A DNA stretch of 64,000 bases from Monocercomonoides exilis PA203 (Eukaryota > Protista > Preaxostyla), in assembly GCA_001643675.2 (NCBI GenBank), contig LSRY02000057.1, positions 248,001 to 312,000 on the forward strand. Direction: 5' to 3'. The notes under the pieces are model-generated. The model was not told the DNA's origin. It saw only the letters and a list, made by a program, of their open reading frames with translations, and did not search any database. Position numbers and translations under genes: made by a program. This document shows, piece by piece, positions 24,508 to 39,155 of the stretch (the stretch's first letter is position 1; every line of letters begins with the position of its first letter).

Positions 24508-25177
24508 CTTCAAAAAAATAGAAACAAACGCAATTGCAATTGTGCAATAGGTTTTTGGAGGTTTGCGAATAAAAAAAGGTCCCAAATGAAATTTACAATA
24601 CAAAGAAAAAGTCATGAAAATTCATACGCTGTTGCCATTCGAAAAAATAAAAAGATTTTTTTATTAGTTAAAAAATATATGGATATGGGTCTATGTGTTG
24701 ATCAATTTTTGGTTTTGTTTTTTCCATAAATCTTTGCAAAACAGCCTAGAATCGCAATATTCAGTAATAAAATTAAAAAGAGATACAAAAATGCAAAGCA
24801 GTTGTCACAGTCTGTTCCTTTTGTTCATTTATTCATTGAAGAACAAAAAAAATACATCAACAACTTCCATATTGCATTTTCATGAGTGCAAAATACGAAC
24901 AACTATTTTCACTGTAACATCTTCTTTTGTGTATTGGATTTCAATAAATTATTCTTATTTTATCTTTTGTTCAATCAAATATTGTTCATTCAGATACAGT
25001 CATTTCAAGTTCATTGGACTGAAAATTTGGACCTTGCATCTTTTCAGAAAGAAATCACTAAGTGGTAAAAATATCTGATATTTGGTAGGTGATTCCTTGA
25101 TTTTTGCTAATTCTTTTTGCTGAAGCAATTTTTGTGTTCTTTTTGAAAATCAATTCTTTGAGTTAGGTGAAATTATA

Positions 25178-27380
25178 TAATCATGGACAAAACCCGGGAA
25201 AGTGGCAAAACCCTGAAATTTCTAACAAAAGACGAAAAAAAGAAAAAGCAAATTATCAAATCATATATAAGTGATAACATGCATATTTCAATTGTTTAGC
25301 AATAATTCAATAATAATATGAATAAAAAACTGAACTTGAATTATAAATTTCTCTTTTATGTAAGGATCGATTAACCATAACGTATGCATTTTCGTTCAAT
25401 ATGTCTTCTTTTCCTTCTTCAACAGCTCATTCCAAAATTTTTGCAACAGCCGAGTATATAAGACTGGATTCAAAAGTTGAAAAAATAAACTTTCTTCTTA
25501 CAAAAAAAGAAATTTCACACAAAAACATAGTTTCTTCAGAGTTGGTTTCTTCTTCGGCTCTGTATCGACATATCTCTTCTTTTAAGCAGGGAGGAGATCC
25601 TTTACACAATGGTAGACCGAATATGCTCAACAAAGAAGAACAAGAGGAAATTGAAGATTGTGCGAAAACACTATTAATTTCGACGAACAAAATAACAATA
25701 AAAGATGTCATCAGAATTGTATGGTTTATTTAACGATATGTTTTTTTACTCTTTTTTATTTATATTTTTAGGCCGAGAATGTTTTGAAGAGAAGAAAACG
25801 AAATGAAGATGACGAATGCGAAATGAAAGAAATTAATGAAAAATGGGCTCGAAGATTTATAAGTTAAAACAACGCTTTGAAAATGGTAAAGCCAAAATAT
25901 ATGGATGTAAACCGGCTCCTAGCATCCTCTTCTGCTAACATTTCTTCATGGTTTTTATTATTGAATGAAACATTAAAAACAAAAAAAATCAGTCAGTGTC
26001 TGATTTTTAATATTGACGAAACTGGAATCAGTTTATGCAAATCAGATAATAACAACATCATAACAAATTCAGATCAAAAACAGCCAGTATTGCATTCACA
26101 ACAGCATGAGCCCAACGCGACATAAACTTTTGGAGTTTATGCGGACGGATCTTCTTTGAATCCTTTGATGTTGTGGCCTTCAAAAACAGTTCCAAAAGAT
26201 CTTCTTCCTTTGAAGTTTCGAAATGAAGAAATTATTGCCAATGGAAGTGGATGGATTACAAAAAGTGACTACGAAGAAATTATGATGCAACACATATTAC
26301 CTGCAATAGACAAAAAAAGAATTGAACTGAATGGATCGGAAGCGTCGGCTCTTTTTATCATGGACGGGCATTCACCGAGGCTTTGCTTGTTTGTTTGTAC
26401 ATGGTGTCACAAACATTCTATTGAAATTGTTATTCTTCCATCTCACACCACTCATTTAACACACCCACTTGATAGATACGAGTTTGCCCTGTTCAAAAAA
26501 AGGTTACATTCTACTTTCGAACCTCCCACCGAAAGTGGAGTATCTGCCTACAGAAAAGCTCTTGTTACAGCTTTGGAAGATGCAGTGTGTACTGCACTGG
26601 ATCCCAGAACTATTAGAAAATCATTCTACACATGCGGAATTGAGCCCTTCGATCTTTCCGTTGTTTTGGATCGATTGCCCAATCAGTTGTCAATCGCAAA
26701 AATTTCTTCGCTAACTTCTTCATACACTTTTTCCGTTATCATGAACAAAAAGGTTATCACAAGTGATGAATTTGTTGAGGAGAACGCCACACGTGAGGAA
26801 GGTTTGAATTATTTAAATCAATTTTATTGGGTTTATTTTTAAGAAAATTGTATTATTTTTACATAAAAATGTGAACTAAACAAATTTAGCGTCATCACAT
26901 CCAAGTTGGCATCAGTGTGTCAACATGATGAGCAACAGAATAAAAGTTGTGATAAAACAATTTCTGGGCAAAACATAGAAGAAGAAATTGAGGAGAATGA
27001 ATTGTTTGCGGCTGAAAAACGAAAAAGAAAGAAGGTTTCGGAATCAGCTTGGGGAAGACAGTTTGACTATAACTAAATAACATAACTTTTTTCGAGGAAC
27101 AAAAACTTTGAATGCCCGATTTTTAAATTTTCGTTATTGTTCCATAAATAACGAAAGCCAAATGCTTCGGTTAATGTTTTTTTTCGCACCAAAGTTAATA
27201 AAATAGAAAAGAATTCAATCAAAAAACAACTTAAATAGAAACTGTTTTTAAATTTTTTGTTTTTTTCCAGATGAACATGACCCACAAATTCAACAAACAA
27301 AAAATCAAATCTGAAGAAATCGAAAACTTCGGGGGTATGCCTCCGGGTTTTGTCCTTTTCCAGGGTTTTGTCCATGATTA
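25178..27380 (+). mobile_element. pogo/Tigger-like DNA transposon 2 (2.2 kb), TA TSD
   Basis: TIR taatcatggacaaaacccgggaaagtggcaaaaccc versus gggttttgtccttttccagggttttgtccatgatta, each with a duplicated g.caaaaccc motif. TA on both flanks. Confidence 0.88.
25401..26842 (+). pseudogene. pogo-type CENP-B-HTH + DDE_1 transposase with intron 25719-25771 and two in-frame TAA stops
   Basis: GRPNMLNKEEQEEI, KWARRFI*, IFNIDETG, ADG, SGWITK, FIMDGH and LPSHTTHLTHPLD. After splicing all pieces are in one frame, with stops at 25865 and 26123. Confidence 0.88.
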
Positions 27381-27797
27381 TATCTTCCACTTCAATAAAG
27401 TGAAATGTACAATTTTCAATGGAAAGAAGATAACAGCGTCATAGAGAATTATCTTAAAGAGAGAAGTGGAAGAATGAATATTAAATGATGAGAATTGAAT
27501 TTCATAATATAAATACTTTGAGAGTCGCTTCAAAGAATTTCTAAGTTGTAAAATGTAAACAAAAAATATGTGAAATGCATATTTCGATATTTACAAGATT
27601 TCTGAAACAATAATGAAGGAATAAGAAAAGTTACCAACATGCCAAATTTATTTTCTTCATTACAATTACGAAAGGTATGAAATGAAGCGCGAAGCAATTA
27701 TCAACATCAAAATTAAATATATTGCAAATGATCAAAATGACCCATTATTATAATTTTTCTCAATAAATAAAATAGAAAATCGATTTAGCTCATCAAA

Positions 27798-30700
27798 ATG
27801 AATTTATTAATATCTATCGCTGTTATTTTGGATAATGTCATTTACGAACATTGTTTGTGAAAAGATGCCACAAACGACAAAATGAGAATAATTCAAGAAG
27901 ATAATGTTTTGCAAATGATTCCTTCACAGGCTTTGAAAACTTCAACAGAAGCTGAAAATAAATTTAATATATCGAAAATTAATATTCAAGCATGTCATTG
28001 TGAAAAGAGTTCTGAACCTGATGAATCTGATGGTTGGAAAGGAAAATGGAGAAAGAATCAAAGCAACAGAATCGAATCGGCAAACACAAACACAAACAGG
28101 AATATCATCACAACTGATGGGGAAGCATCAAATTTCAATACCCACAACGAAAAGAAGTTTAAAGAAAAATTGAAGAAAGCAAAATGATGAGTCATTTTAT
28201 TCTGGATAATTCATCAGTCCATTGCATGAATTTAGGGATGATTTCAAATAGAAATATTAGTTCAATAATCTTAAAAGCAAAAAGTGTTGCAATGATAATT
28301 GGATACCGTTTTGAGATCAGAGGCGAAATAAGTCCGTTTGATTTATGTTTCAGTCAAATTCAACTTACAAACTTGACACTTCGTTTTTGGAATGCACAGC
28401 AAACTATAATGCCTCCTCTATTCTCCACAAAAATGAGTGATTCAAAAAGCCAGTCTGCTAATTACGTTTCTCTTTATTCGTCATGTTTTACCTCATACCA
28501 GATATCTTCACCTCCATTTCTGTCTTCTTTATATGTTGAGAGTGCTTCACTCACAAATTTGTTTTTCTCCAATGTTTCAACAGTTCCAACACATAGATTT
28601 ATTCCTTCTTCTTTGCGATGCAGACACACAACTTTGATGTTTGACTGTAATTTTTCATCAGTCTGTGATGTGTTTGATGGGGGAATAGTTCCTTCACTCA
28701 ACAATCCCTTGGCCTCTCTGACAGTTTCAAACATCTCGTTTCTTGAATGTCGAATAACAAGAAATGCAAATATTATTGGAACTGCAGAGATGCCATTAAA
28801 GCCAGGGAGACAGAATATTGCAAACAATGGATCGAATGCATTCACTTGGTGCGAGTGGAACGGATCGAGTACAATAGGAACAGACATATCTTTATCAGAT
28901 GGTATTTCTAGTGGAGGAGCAATATGTGTGTGCCATCAGACGAAAGGAGAACTTTCTGTTTTTCACTGTTTATTTAATAATTGCTTTGCATACAGTCGTG
29001 GAGGTGGAATAATGTTTCATGATGTGAAATCTGTTCATATAGAATACAACACATTCAACTCATGCACGGCTCTAAACCATATTGGAGGAGCAATGAATGT
29101 ATTTGGAATAAGATCATGTACCCGAATCAGTGGATGTGAATTCAAGAGATGCAAAGCAAAAAGCTTTGGAGGAGAGATCAATCTTGATGATTTTCAGGTT
29201 TCAGCAACAAACTGCATTGAATCAGAAAAAGGAGGAGGGGAGAGTGCGTGTGTGTTTGACTGCAGTTTCACTTCATGCTTTGTTGAAAATGCTAATGGTG
29301 GAGGCATGCGTTGTTATAATATTCCTGTTCAAGTCAAGATAAGGAGCATTCAGTTTATTTCATGCAATGCATCGTCAAATGGTGGAGGATTGAGTGCGGA
29401 TCCACGTATGACAACAGCACCAAAAGATGGATATTATTTTTATTTCTTATTTTTCCATAAATGTGAATGCAAGACTGTGTCCAATCCATATGGTCACGAT
29501 ATGGTATATGGAGATCATTTTAATCTCTATTTGAATTCTGGAAATCCATTTTATGTATGCTATACAACAAACACAGATGAAACGAGAGTGTGTTATGCAC
29601 ATGAATATTTGATTGCCAATGATAAATGGTTATATCAGCACACAGAAAAGAAGGATTGGCTGAAAAAGGGGGTTCTCAATCGACTTGTGGCTGCTGAGGG
29701 AGGAGTTGAAGACGAGCTGTGTGGGATAGATGAGTCAAGTGCACGCAAAACCATTGGCATTGCAGCCAGTTGGAGTACAACACATACATTATTAGTGGTC
29801 ACTCTGATGGAAGGGAATCACAGAAACGAAGAGGTGACAATTGAAACAAATATGAATAAGATGTGAGTTAAAGTGAAAGGAAGAGGAACAAGCATTATTG
29901 GAACACATTCGCTTTCTTCTCCTTAAACAACGCTGTTCAGCGTGAGGAGTGGGCAGCTGGAGATTCTTCATGTGGGAATTGATCACAATTCTGAAAGAGA
30001 TTCTTCTCCAAATGTGTTTGTTGTTTCTGATGGGAGCTGGTTACTTTCATTGGAGGATTTGCTGATTTCGTCAAGTATAGTTGGAACGAATGTTATATCA
30101 TCATCTGTATTTGTGGTGGCGCTGTCACAGCTGAGGATGATTGACGTGGAGATCATAAATTTTAATGTCTCAAAACCATTGTTCTCTGAACCGAATCTCT
30201 CTTCTTCTTCTTCATTGTCGTCATTGTCGTCATCTGCACTGTATCTGACAGCCACAGCATCAGGAGATAGGGTGCTTGCGAATGTGAAGTTGACTGAAGG
30301 AGATGGGGTGGTTGTGGCAAAGAGTGTGAATGGAGATGAGACATTTGTGGTGTGCAACACAACAATAGAGCAATGTGTATGTGAGAATGGGAATGGTGGA
30401 GGAATATATGTTGTGTTGAAGGGAAGTGGGAAAGTTATTGCGAATGGAACGAGTGTGATTGATTGATGCAAGGCAGAGAATAATGGAGGGAGAGGATGGA
30501 GAGGAGGAGGGATGTTTGTGTTGATGGAGAGTGGGGGATGTGGATTGTTAATTGGAGAGAATGTAGAGGTTTCGAAAGTGAATGTGAATGTTGCAGAATA
30601 TGGGAAGGATGTGTTTGTGAGTTGTGGGAGTGGTGTGTCGTTGGAGTCAAAAGAAAATACCAGTTCATTTGCATTTTTCACTCCACTGTCGATTCCATCA

Positions 30701-33700
30701 GATGTATTGAAACTGAGTGGGAGTGAAAATGGGGAAGAAAGTGGAGTGATTCCACTGTTTGTGTTTTTGTACACAATGGGGACAAATGTGATTGTTGATG
30801 GGAGTGGAGGAAATGGGATGGACCACAATTATTGTGGATTTGATGTATTCAGGTGTTTGACAGTTGACTATTGTGTGAACTCAAGACTGAGTGAAAATTC
30901 AAAGGAAATAGAGGTTGTTTCATCTTCGTCAATAAATGATGAAATAACAGGACCATCATTTGGTGTGATAATTTCAGGCAGAATAACATCATCATCATCA
31001 GAGGGAGAGAGGATGGGAGTGAATGTGAGTGATGGAGGATCAGACACACAAGATTGGCTTGTTGGATGTTCGACTTCACTGACAATGAGCAGACTTTCAT
31101 TTGTTGTGAAAGGGCAGTTGAATTCAAGGAGAAGTGCATTCTTCCATTCAACATCAACACTCGATCTGACGAACTGTTCAGTTTCATTTGAAAGTGGGGC
31201 ATTGACCAATGGAAAGATAGGATACAGCATCATTGAGATGACAGGAGGGAATCTGATTGTTGATGGATTTGTGATGGAAAGCGGAGTGACACTGAAGATG
31301 AATGGGAAATCTCCAATCACAATGAGAAATGGAGTGAAATTGGAATTGAAGAACAGCAGAGTGAGTGGAATGGAAGTGAATGTGGCAGGTGGAAATGGAG
31401 GAGGGGGATGTTTGAATGTTGGGATGGGCGTTAATGGGAATGTGAAAATTGAAGAAAGCAACTTTTCCTCGGTCTGCTCAGGTGGAAATGGAATGAAAGG
31501 GGGAGGGGTGATGATATCAGCGGGGAAAGGAGGGAGTTTGGAAATGAAAGGAGTGAAATATTCAGGATGTGAAGTGCCATCAGAGGATGTTGAGGACGGA
31601 GGGAGAGGAATGGGAGGAGGGATGTTTGTGAAGCTGGCAGATGAGATGGGAACATTTGTGATGGGAGGGATGGAATTTGAGGGATGTGATGGGTGGAAAG
31701 GGAAGAATGTGTTTGTTTCTGGATGGAATCTGAGAGAAATTGTGAACAAGGAGCACCTGAAATGGGAAATGAATGATGAGGAGTTGGGATCATTGGATGA
31801 GTTGTGTGGATGGGAGAGGAAGACGACAGGAGAGGAGGGATATGTGATTCCACTTGTTGTGTATTTGTGGAGAAACTGGAGCAGGAATGGATTTGTTTCG
31901 AAGGAGAAAGGAGGAGACTTCAGTGGGTGTGGAGATTCAGAAGCACCATGTTCATCGATTGACCACTTATTTTCTCTGAGATATGGTTCACTTGGAGAAG
32001 GCGAATCACGCATCAACATTGTTGGAACAGGAGCATTCAACAGAGTAATATCATTTCAAACACCTCCTTCACTTATAGAAACACCAGTTGTGACAATTGA
32101 AGGATAAAAGAAAGGGACATTTTTGAAAGTGAGAGAAATGGATGCAAATGGAGAAGGTGAATCGATGGTTGTTTCGAATGTTCATTTTTCGTTCACGAAT
32201 TTGTCATTTTCTCTACCAAATGAACTTGTTTCTCAATCATCGCTCATTCACTCTGCACTATCCTCAGCAACATCCCTTTCAATCATGAGGTGCTCATTTG
32301 ATTGCGAGGATTCAACAAAAGATACGAAATATTGCTTGATGAAAACAGATGGAGGGAGTTTGACGATTGAGGATGTCACTCTTTCTTAGTTCAATCTTGC
32401 AAAAGGTTTTGTGGAATTCACAGCAGATGTGATGATGGTCGATGTGGTGAATGTGTCTGTTTCGAACACAACCATATCTGGAAACAGTCTGATATCGCTG
32501 AGTCAGCCATCCCCAACAAATATGTTGATCAGCAATGAAAGAGTGAACACAAGGCAAACAGTGAGGGTGAACAGCTCCTCATTTGTGAACATCACATGTT
32601 TGGAGAACAGGGCAAGTGTGATGAGTGTGGTAATGTTCTCATCTGGGATGGAATGTGTGATTGGGGATGTGAGGATGGTGTCAATGAGGAGGGAGAAGGC
32701 GATGGTGCATTTTGAAGGGAAGATGGAGGAAAGAGGAAAGGAGAGGAGTATGTTGGTGCTTGTGAATGAGAGTGTGGTGGAGAGGTGCTTGTTCGTGTTT
32801 GGAGAGATGTTTGAGAGCACATACAAATATGTTGCGAAAGTGAAGGATGGGAGAACAGTGATGAATGAATATTCGTTTGATGGTTCGTCCACTGAGATGG
32901 GAAAGAGGTTGAAGAACACACTTGTTGGGGAAGAGGGAGGAGAGATGGATATGGTGAGATGCACAATCAGGCACATCCATCATTGTGGCAGATTGGTTGT
33001 GATCTGTGGGGAATCGAGAGTGATAATGAGTGAGACAAGGATTGGGGATGTGGAATCAGAAGGAGATGTGGTTGTTGTGGAGGAGGAGGCGAGAGTGAGT
33101 GTGAAATAAGAGAAAATGGAGAATATCACAACTATGGTGGAGTGGAGTGTGATGGTGATGAGAGAGTGTGGAGATGGAAATCTTTCTAACTGCACATTCA
33201 GTGGGTGTGAGAGTGGAAGAGAGAAGGGAGGGATTGTTTTGGTGAAGAATTGTGAAGATGTGAGGATTGAGATGTGTGATGTGTGTGGAGGAGTGGACAG
33301 GGCAGATAAAGAAAATTTATGGAGATGAATGAAAAGGAGGAAAAGGAGGGAAGAGAAAGGATCTGCAAGTGGAATGGATCGATGGTTGGGGTTGAGAAGA
33401 GCAGGGTTGTGATGAAGGATACGAGGATTCGGGAGAGTGGGAAAGGTGGATTGTCTGTGAGTGGAGGTGGTGTGACAATTGAGAAAGGAGAGTTTGAGAA
33501 CAACAATCCATTCATTGAAAAATATCCGTCAGTGAGAAGAAACATTATTTGCTCGGATTCTGGATCATTGACCATTTCCAGCTTGAAAGGGGGAGATGGA
33601 CAAGAGAGGAATTCATCTTTTTGGATTTTGAATGATGGATGTGATTTGAGAGGGATAGCAGGAGAAAGGGCATCTCCTTTCTTCATTCCCAGACTGGAAG

Positions 33701-35376
33701 AAGTTTCAGTGAATGAAAATGGAAGCAATATTGTTGTGAAATTCAAGGGATCACTTTTTGTGCCTTGTGACTTGTCATTCAGACCTGAGTATAAAACAGG
33801 AGATGAGGAGTTGGTTGAGACATATCAGTTTGAGGAAGACAGTTTTGTTTCAGAAACTGAAGTGATTGGAAAAATCCAATCAGAAAATCTTTCAAAGGTT
33901 GCAGATGAAACAGAGGTTTCTGTGACGATTCTGTTTGGAAAGCAATCGTCTTCCACTTCTCCACAGATACTGAAGAACAAGACAGAATCAAAGTCAGAAA
34001 ATGAAAGAGTTGTTGAAGGAGGAAAAGAAAGGAAATCTTATTGGTTGTTGATAGTTATTGTGCTTGTTGTTATTCTTTTGATTGTTCTCATTGTTTCAAT
34101 AATATTGGCTGTTCGATGGAGAAAACAAAAGAGAAGGACGGAAGAATTGGAAATGATTGTGAACGACAACATCAGAAAGGATCCGAAGGCATTTGAGATG
34201 GTATCGATGGAGATGTCAACTGAGGAGCAGTGGAGGAGAGCAGAAAGAGAAGCCGAGAAGAAAAATGATGAGAGGATGAAGAAGAGGGTGTATGATACGA
34301 ATATGCAACATTCTGAGTCATCTGAGCATCTTCTTTCTGAGAGTGGATCAACTGAATATATCTTGGGGAGAGACTCAGACAAGATCCCTCAATGGATGTT
34401 GGAGAAAGATGAAGAAGAAGAGATAAGGAAGAGAACACCTTCGCCATCCATTTCATCCACTTCAACCACTTCAACCACATCAACAACTGATTCAGATTCC
34501 ACATTTGTTCGAGGGGAGGATTTGTGTCCAACCACTTCATCCATGTCGAACTTGGTGGATGCAATGGCCTGCTCATCCCCTCATGAGAAGCTGATTGTGG
34601 ATCTGAGGGATTCGCTGTTCATGTTGTTGCATGGAAGGAATAAGACAAAGGAGATGGCAATTGGAAGTCTTCAAGAGAGAGAACAAACAGCTGCCCAGAT
34701 CCTGTTCTGGGTGGCGAATGGATCTCTTCATTCATTTGATGAGATGGAAAATCCTCTTCAGTCACTTGTCAATTTGAGTCCGCACATTATTCTTTTCTCA
34801 GAGCATATGGTCATATGCATTGTGATGCATTCAGACTTATTGTCAGATGATGATTCTGACTCATCATCCATATCTTCATCAACTGTTGTCACATCTGCCA
34901 GTGATGATGATGAAGACTCCCTTCCTTCTTCAGCCTTTGAGGATGAGGATGACTTCAAAAAAGAGTGTCTGAGGTGGAAGGCGCCAGAGCTGCTGATGAA
35001 CAAGAATATGGGAGCAACAAAGGAATCTGTGGCATTCTCGATTGGGATGATGTTGTGGGAGTGCTTGACCCTTCAAATCCCATTTGGAGATTATGAGGCA
35101 GAAGTGGCAGGGCAGAAGATTGTGAATGGGGAGAGACCGAATTTCGAAAGCATCAGCACATCCTCGATGGAGAATATTGCCAAGTGTTGTTTGTCTGGAT
35201 GTGCCTCACAGAGGCTGACTTTGGCTTTGTTGAAGCGTGAGTTCATTCAGCGCTTCCCACCAGGTGCTGCTGTGCTCACAATGACAGATGCTGTTGAATG
35301 CTACAGTGGGTGTGATGGGGAGAGTGAGCGACGCAGAGACTCAGGAAACAGAGGGGAACAGGAAAGCATGTGCTAG
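27798..35376 (+). pseudogene. Large type-I membrane receptor-like gene: Cys/Gly-rich repeat ectodomain, single TM, C-terminal pseudokinase; ectodomain disrupted
   Basis: GGA/GGG..FxxC repeats; TM YWLLIVIVLVVILLIVLIVSIILAV followed by RWRKQKRR; kinase C-lobe-like LRWKAPELL..FSIGMMLWECLTLQIPF..GERP with no HRD/DFG. In-frame stops at 29864, 30464, 32105, 32387 and 33107, and a frameshift near 33310. Confidence 0.8.
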
Positions 35377-36672
35377 TGGTGAAAATGGTGGTGATCATTA
35401 GCTTTGTCTTTTCTTCACCCTTTTCCCAATGCATTTGAGAAGAAAGATAATGATATCAATATACTTCTCTACACTCTTGTGTTCTTCAAACAAACTGTTC
35501 AGCTGTTCAGATGTTAATGCAATTGTCTCTTTGAAGGAGCATCTGGTCAAAAACTCACTTAATCACCTACAGGAGAAAATCTAAATTTTGATGTATTGCG
35601 TTCAAAGAGCGATGTTTGATTGTTATTGATGAATAAATAAACATTTTTGGAGACTGATGAAGAAAATGAAGTTCAACGGACATCATGAACACAACTAATA
35701 TGAAGAGAACAGAAGAATTGCTTTTGTTTGTTTTTTGTGTGGCAGATGATTGAATTTTTGAGTTGTCAGCTGGCTCCATCATTTGCATTTGGTTTTCAAT
35801 GCAGGTGATTGGATCTTTGCTGTTTTTTTGGAAAATATTTCCTTGAAGAATCTACCATCTGAAGATTTATTTACAAGCTGCCACATTTTTGCTTTTCTTT
35901 CAAACAAAAGAATTCTATTGATGATAAAGATATTTTGTATTTGTTTGACCAATATCGATTTTGAAGTGGAGTATTTTCAGTTGTTTTCTTTGAACTTGTT
36001 TTTCATTTTTGTATTTGTAACTCTGACTTTTTTTTAATTCAGTTGCTTTATTCAGTGACAAATTTTGTTCTTATCTTTTTCTCTTAATTTTTTCCAATTC
36101 TTTCACCATTTGCTTTTGTTCTATTCTGTTCAAAGAATAATCTTCAAAATGGCTTTCACCTTCTTTTGTTTTCGTTCTTTGTATTTTGAAATAGCAAACA
36201 TTTTTCATTATTTATTATTCATCACATGTGTATACATTCATGTTACTCCTTCAATAATTGTAACTCAATTCTTTTATATTTCACACTCATTTCATTTTTG
36301 CATTCATTCATTTTGCTTTTAGAAAAAGAATTATCATTTTTTCGCATTTCACAACAAATGATGAAACATATCGTTTAATTTATGAAACAAGAATATTTCC
36401 TCAGCAAACGAACAGATTCTGATAATCTTCAAAAGATCCGAGAAACAAATGATTATCATTTTATCCTCAGACATCTGTAAAGTGACAATCAAAAAAGAAA
36501 GTTAGAAAGAAAAGGAAAAGGAAAAGGAGAATGAAAAGGTAAAAGTGAATAAGGGAAAAAAGAAAACAGTTTTTAAAAAATATTTGTGTTATTCTTTTTG
36601 ATAAGTCGCGAATGTTTTATTTCTGGGTTAGAAAAAAATGAACCTTATTTGATCACATTTGGTTATATATAT

Positions 36673-36851
36673 GGGGCATTATTTTTGCGTTTATGAAAAA
36701 AACAAAGATTTGTTCCAAACTTTTTCTGCCATCTTATCATTGTTAATCTAACATTCTCATGTCAAATGATTCTAGTAAAATTCAAAAATTGAGAGAAAAA
36801 TATTTGATAGAGAAGAATGGAACTTAATTCATAAAGTGAAAATTTTGTTCC
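36673..36851. mobile_element. MITE family B copy 1, TSD ATAT
   Basis: Homologous along its length to 58124-58303 (gaaaaaaaca.gatttgttccaa ... aagaatggaac..aattca). GG...CC ends and ATAT flanks. Confidence 0.65.
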
Positions 36852-36855
36852 ATAT

Positions 36856-37058
36856 GGCTGATCCTTTTAGAAATCATTTCATTAAAGTTTCGATCAAAAT
36901 TTTGTTCTCAATGAGATTTTGGAAAAAATGAGTCGAAATAGTGAATATTTATTGTTAATGATATTGCCATTGCAAAAACAAATATTGACTCAAATTCCAT
37001 TGAGATTAAAATAATGATCAAAACTCGAACGAAAGTTTGATATCAAAAAGGATCAGCC
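36856..37058. mobile_element. MITE family A copy 2
   Basis: ggctgatccttttagaaatca ... gatcaaaactcgaacgaaag...tcaaaaaggatcagcc, sharing termini and subterminal sequence with 2555-2763. Confidence 0.75.
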
Positions 37059-39155
37059 AATTTTTTTTTTTTGTTTAATCATTTTGAAAATGAGAATGGA
37101 AAAAACCATTTAACAAAGAATAAATGCATTGTGGGAAAATTTTATGGATTAATAGAAATATGATCGAATATGGTTCAATTTCACAAAATCCAGATTTTTA
37201 ACATCGTGACTTCTCAAAAAGAATAACCCATATTCCAATCATTTTTAGCGAAAAATGTGACTATGAACTTTGAGAAATAGAATAGGAAAGAGCTAAAAAA
37301 AGATAACAAAAGCTCTATCATAAATGTTGAATAAGGTTGATTTACAAGAAAAAATCGTCATTTATGAAAAAAGAAAGATGAATTTCAAAAAACAGAAATA
37401 ATCAAAACACAAAGACAAGCTGTCCTATTATCGACTTGAACATAAAAATAGGACAGAAGATGTGAAGAAAGAAAAGTGAGAGAAAGCATATCTGCTGGGA
37501 TAATACTTGTCTTCAAGAAGAATTAAAAACCTTGAAAAACCTAATTAACGGATGAAAAAATTCACTTAAATGGGAAATATTAATTTAAAAACAGAAATTT
37601 TTTTAGTGGTCAAAATGCAATTTTTATCCTTAATCTGTGATTAAACCACTCAGATAAATAAGATAGATATTATCCAAAAGACTTTTATTTTGAAAAAAAG
37701 ATTTATCCCTTGTCGATGTGTTTTTTTGGGTTATGTTTAACTAAAACTTTTTATTTATTCAACTAATTAGGGTTTCGAAATTAAAAAGTGTAAGTTTGCT
37801 AAATAAATAATACTGTTGGATTAAAAGATAGGTTTATTCAGTTTTGAATCACCGTAATTCGAAAACTTCTTTCGAAATATCACAATTGCATTCATTAATA
37901 ATAATGTTTATAAATAAAAACATGGAAATCCTATTTTCGAACCGGTATTTACATTCCCACTCACCAAAAGAAATCATTATCACGAAATTATTCGTCTGAG
38001 AAATCGCAAAAAATCAAAATAATGAAAACATCCCATATTAGATTTGAGAAAAATTAAATTAGGTTAATGTTCAAGAAACGATCAGTCACAATATTGTCAT
38101 ACGTTACAACTTTGATGATACCATATTGTGCACATAAGTTTTTTTCTGCCGATTGTGTGCGGAAACTGTGAAATATGTTATTTTCAATTTTCAAGAAAAT
38201 TCAAAATCCTGTTCAATTTTAAATGAAATCATTGAGTTTTAAGGGTTTTTATATGTTCACTTTTTTTAATCACAGTTTTCATGTTAGCGTTTTATACAAA
38301 ATCAACTTGGAAGGGTTTAATTCTGTTGGATAAATTGCTCAATTTTATTAAATATAAAAATTATTAAACATTGATCAAAAAAATGCTCTATTTAAATTGG
38401 AGTCTTGTTAAATTGAATATGTTCAAAGCATGTTTGAGTGCATGCTAGTGAAATTTCAATTATTAATCTGTTTATTTTGATTATTGTTGAATATTATTGA
38501 TGTCAAAATTTTTGTGCGGAATAACATATTTGGAGCGGAATAATAAGTTGATTCATTCAAGAATAAAAGTTATTACACGAAAGAAAGACAGAATAACTTC
38601 TTGAAACTATTGACAATTAAGTTATAATCATCCTGACAAATTATTATTCACTGTCGTATATTGTGCAATTACCTCGAATTTGTTCATTAATTATTTACCC
38701 ATGTGAACTGTTACACTTTCGTTTCAATATCAATGCAACTTGAAGACGATCTCATTTTCTGAACTGAGAATTATTACCCCAAAATATTAAAGAAATATCT
38801 CCAGTTTCAATGAAATTTACATTTTATTTCCTCGTGATTGATAAAGTTGAATGCTCATTTTATAATTTTTTGTTTTATGCTTGTCTGAGAAGTGATGCTA
38901 AAAAGAGAGGAAATCTCCAAAAACAAAAACAATAATGATCGTACAACGACATGAATGCAGATAAATGAAATGTGTAATACTATCAAATAACTCTAACATA
39001 AAATATACAACAAACGCTTGAACTACCTCTATTCTAAATTCAAAAGAAAAAGTGCATAAAACAGTATTATAGATAGCTTTTGATAAAATAAAGAAATGTA
39101 ATATGAATAAAACAAAAGCACATTTTTAGTCTTTACAGAATATTCGAATTTCACA

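Noticed and set aside
25772-33109. Many in-frame stops suggesting a reassigned genetic code (TAR=Gln, as in Streblomastix)
   Set aside because: The interruptions include TGA, TAA and TAG plus frameshifts, and fall at Gly/Leu/Lys-type positions. Intact genes (eIF4A, Rad23-like, phosphatase) end in TAA and have no internal TAR.
29983-34576. Long minus-strand ORFs opposite the receptor gene (and plus-strand ORFs opposite the phosphatase gene)
   Set aside because: Antisense shadows of compositionally biased coding sequence.
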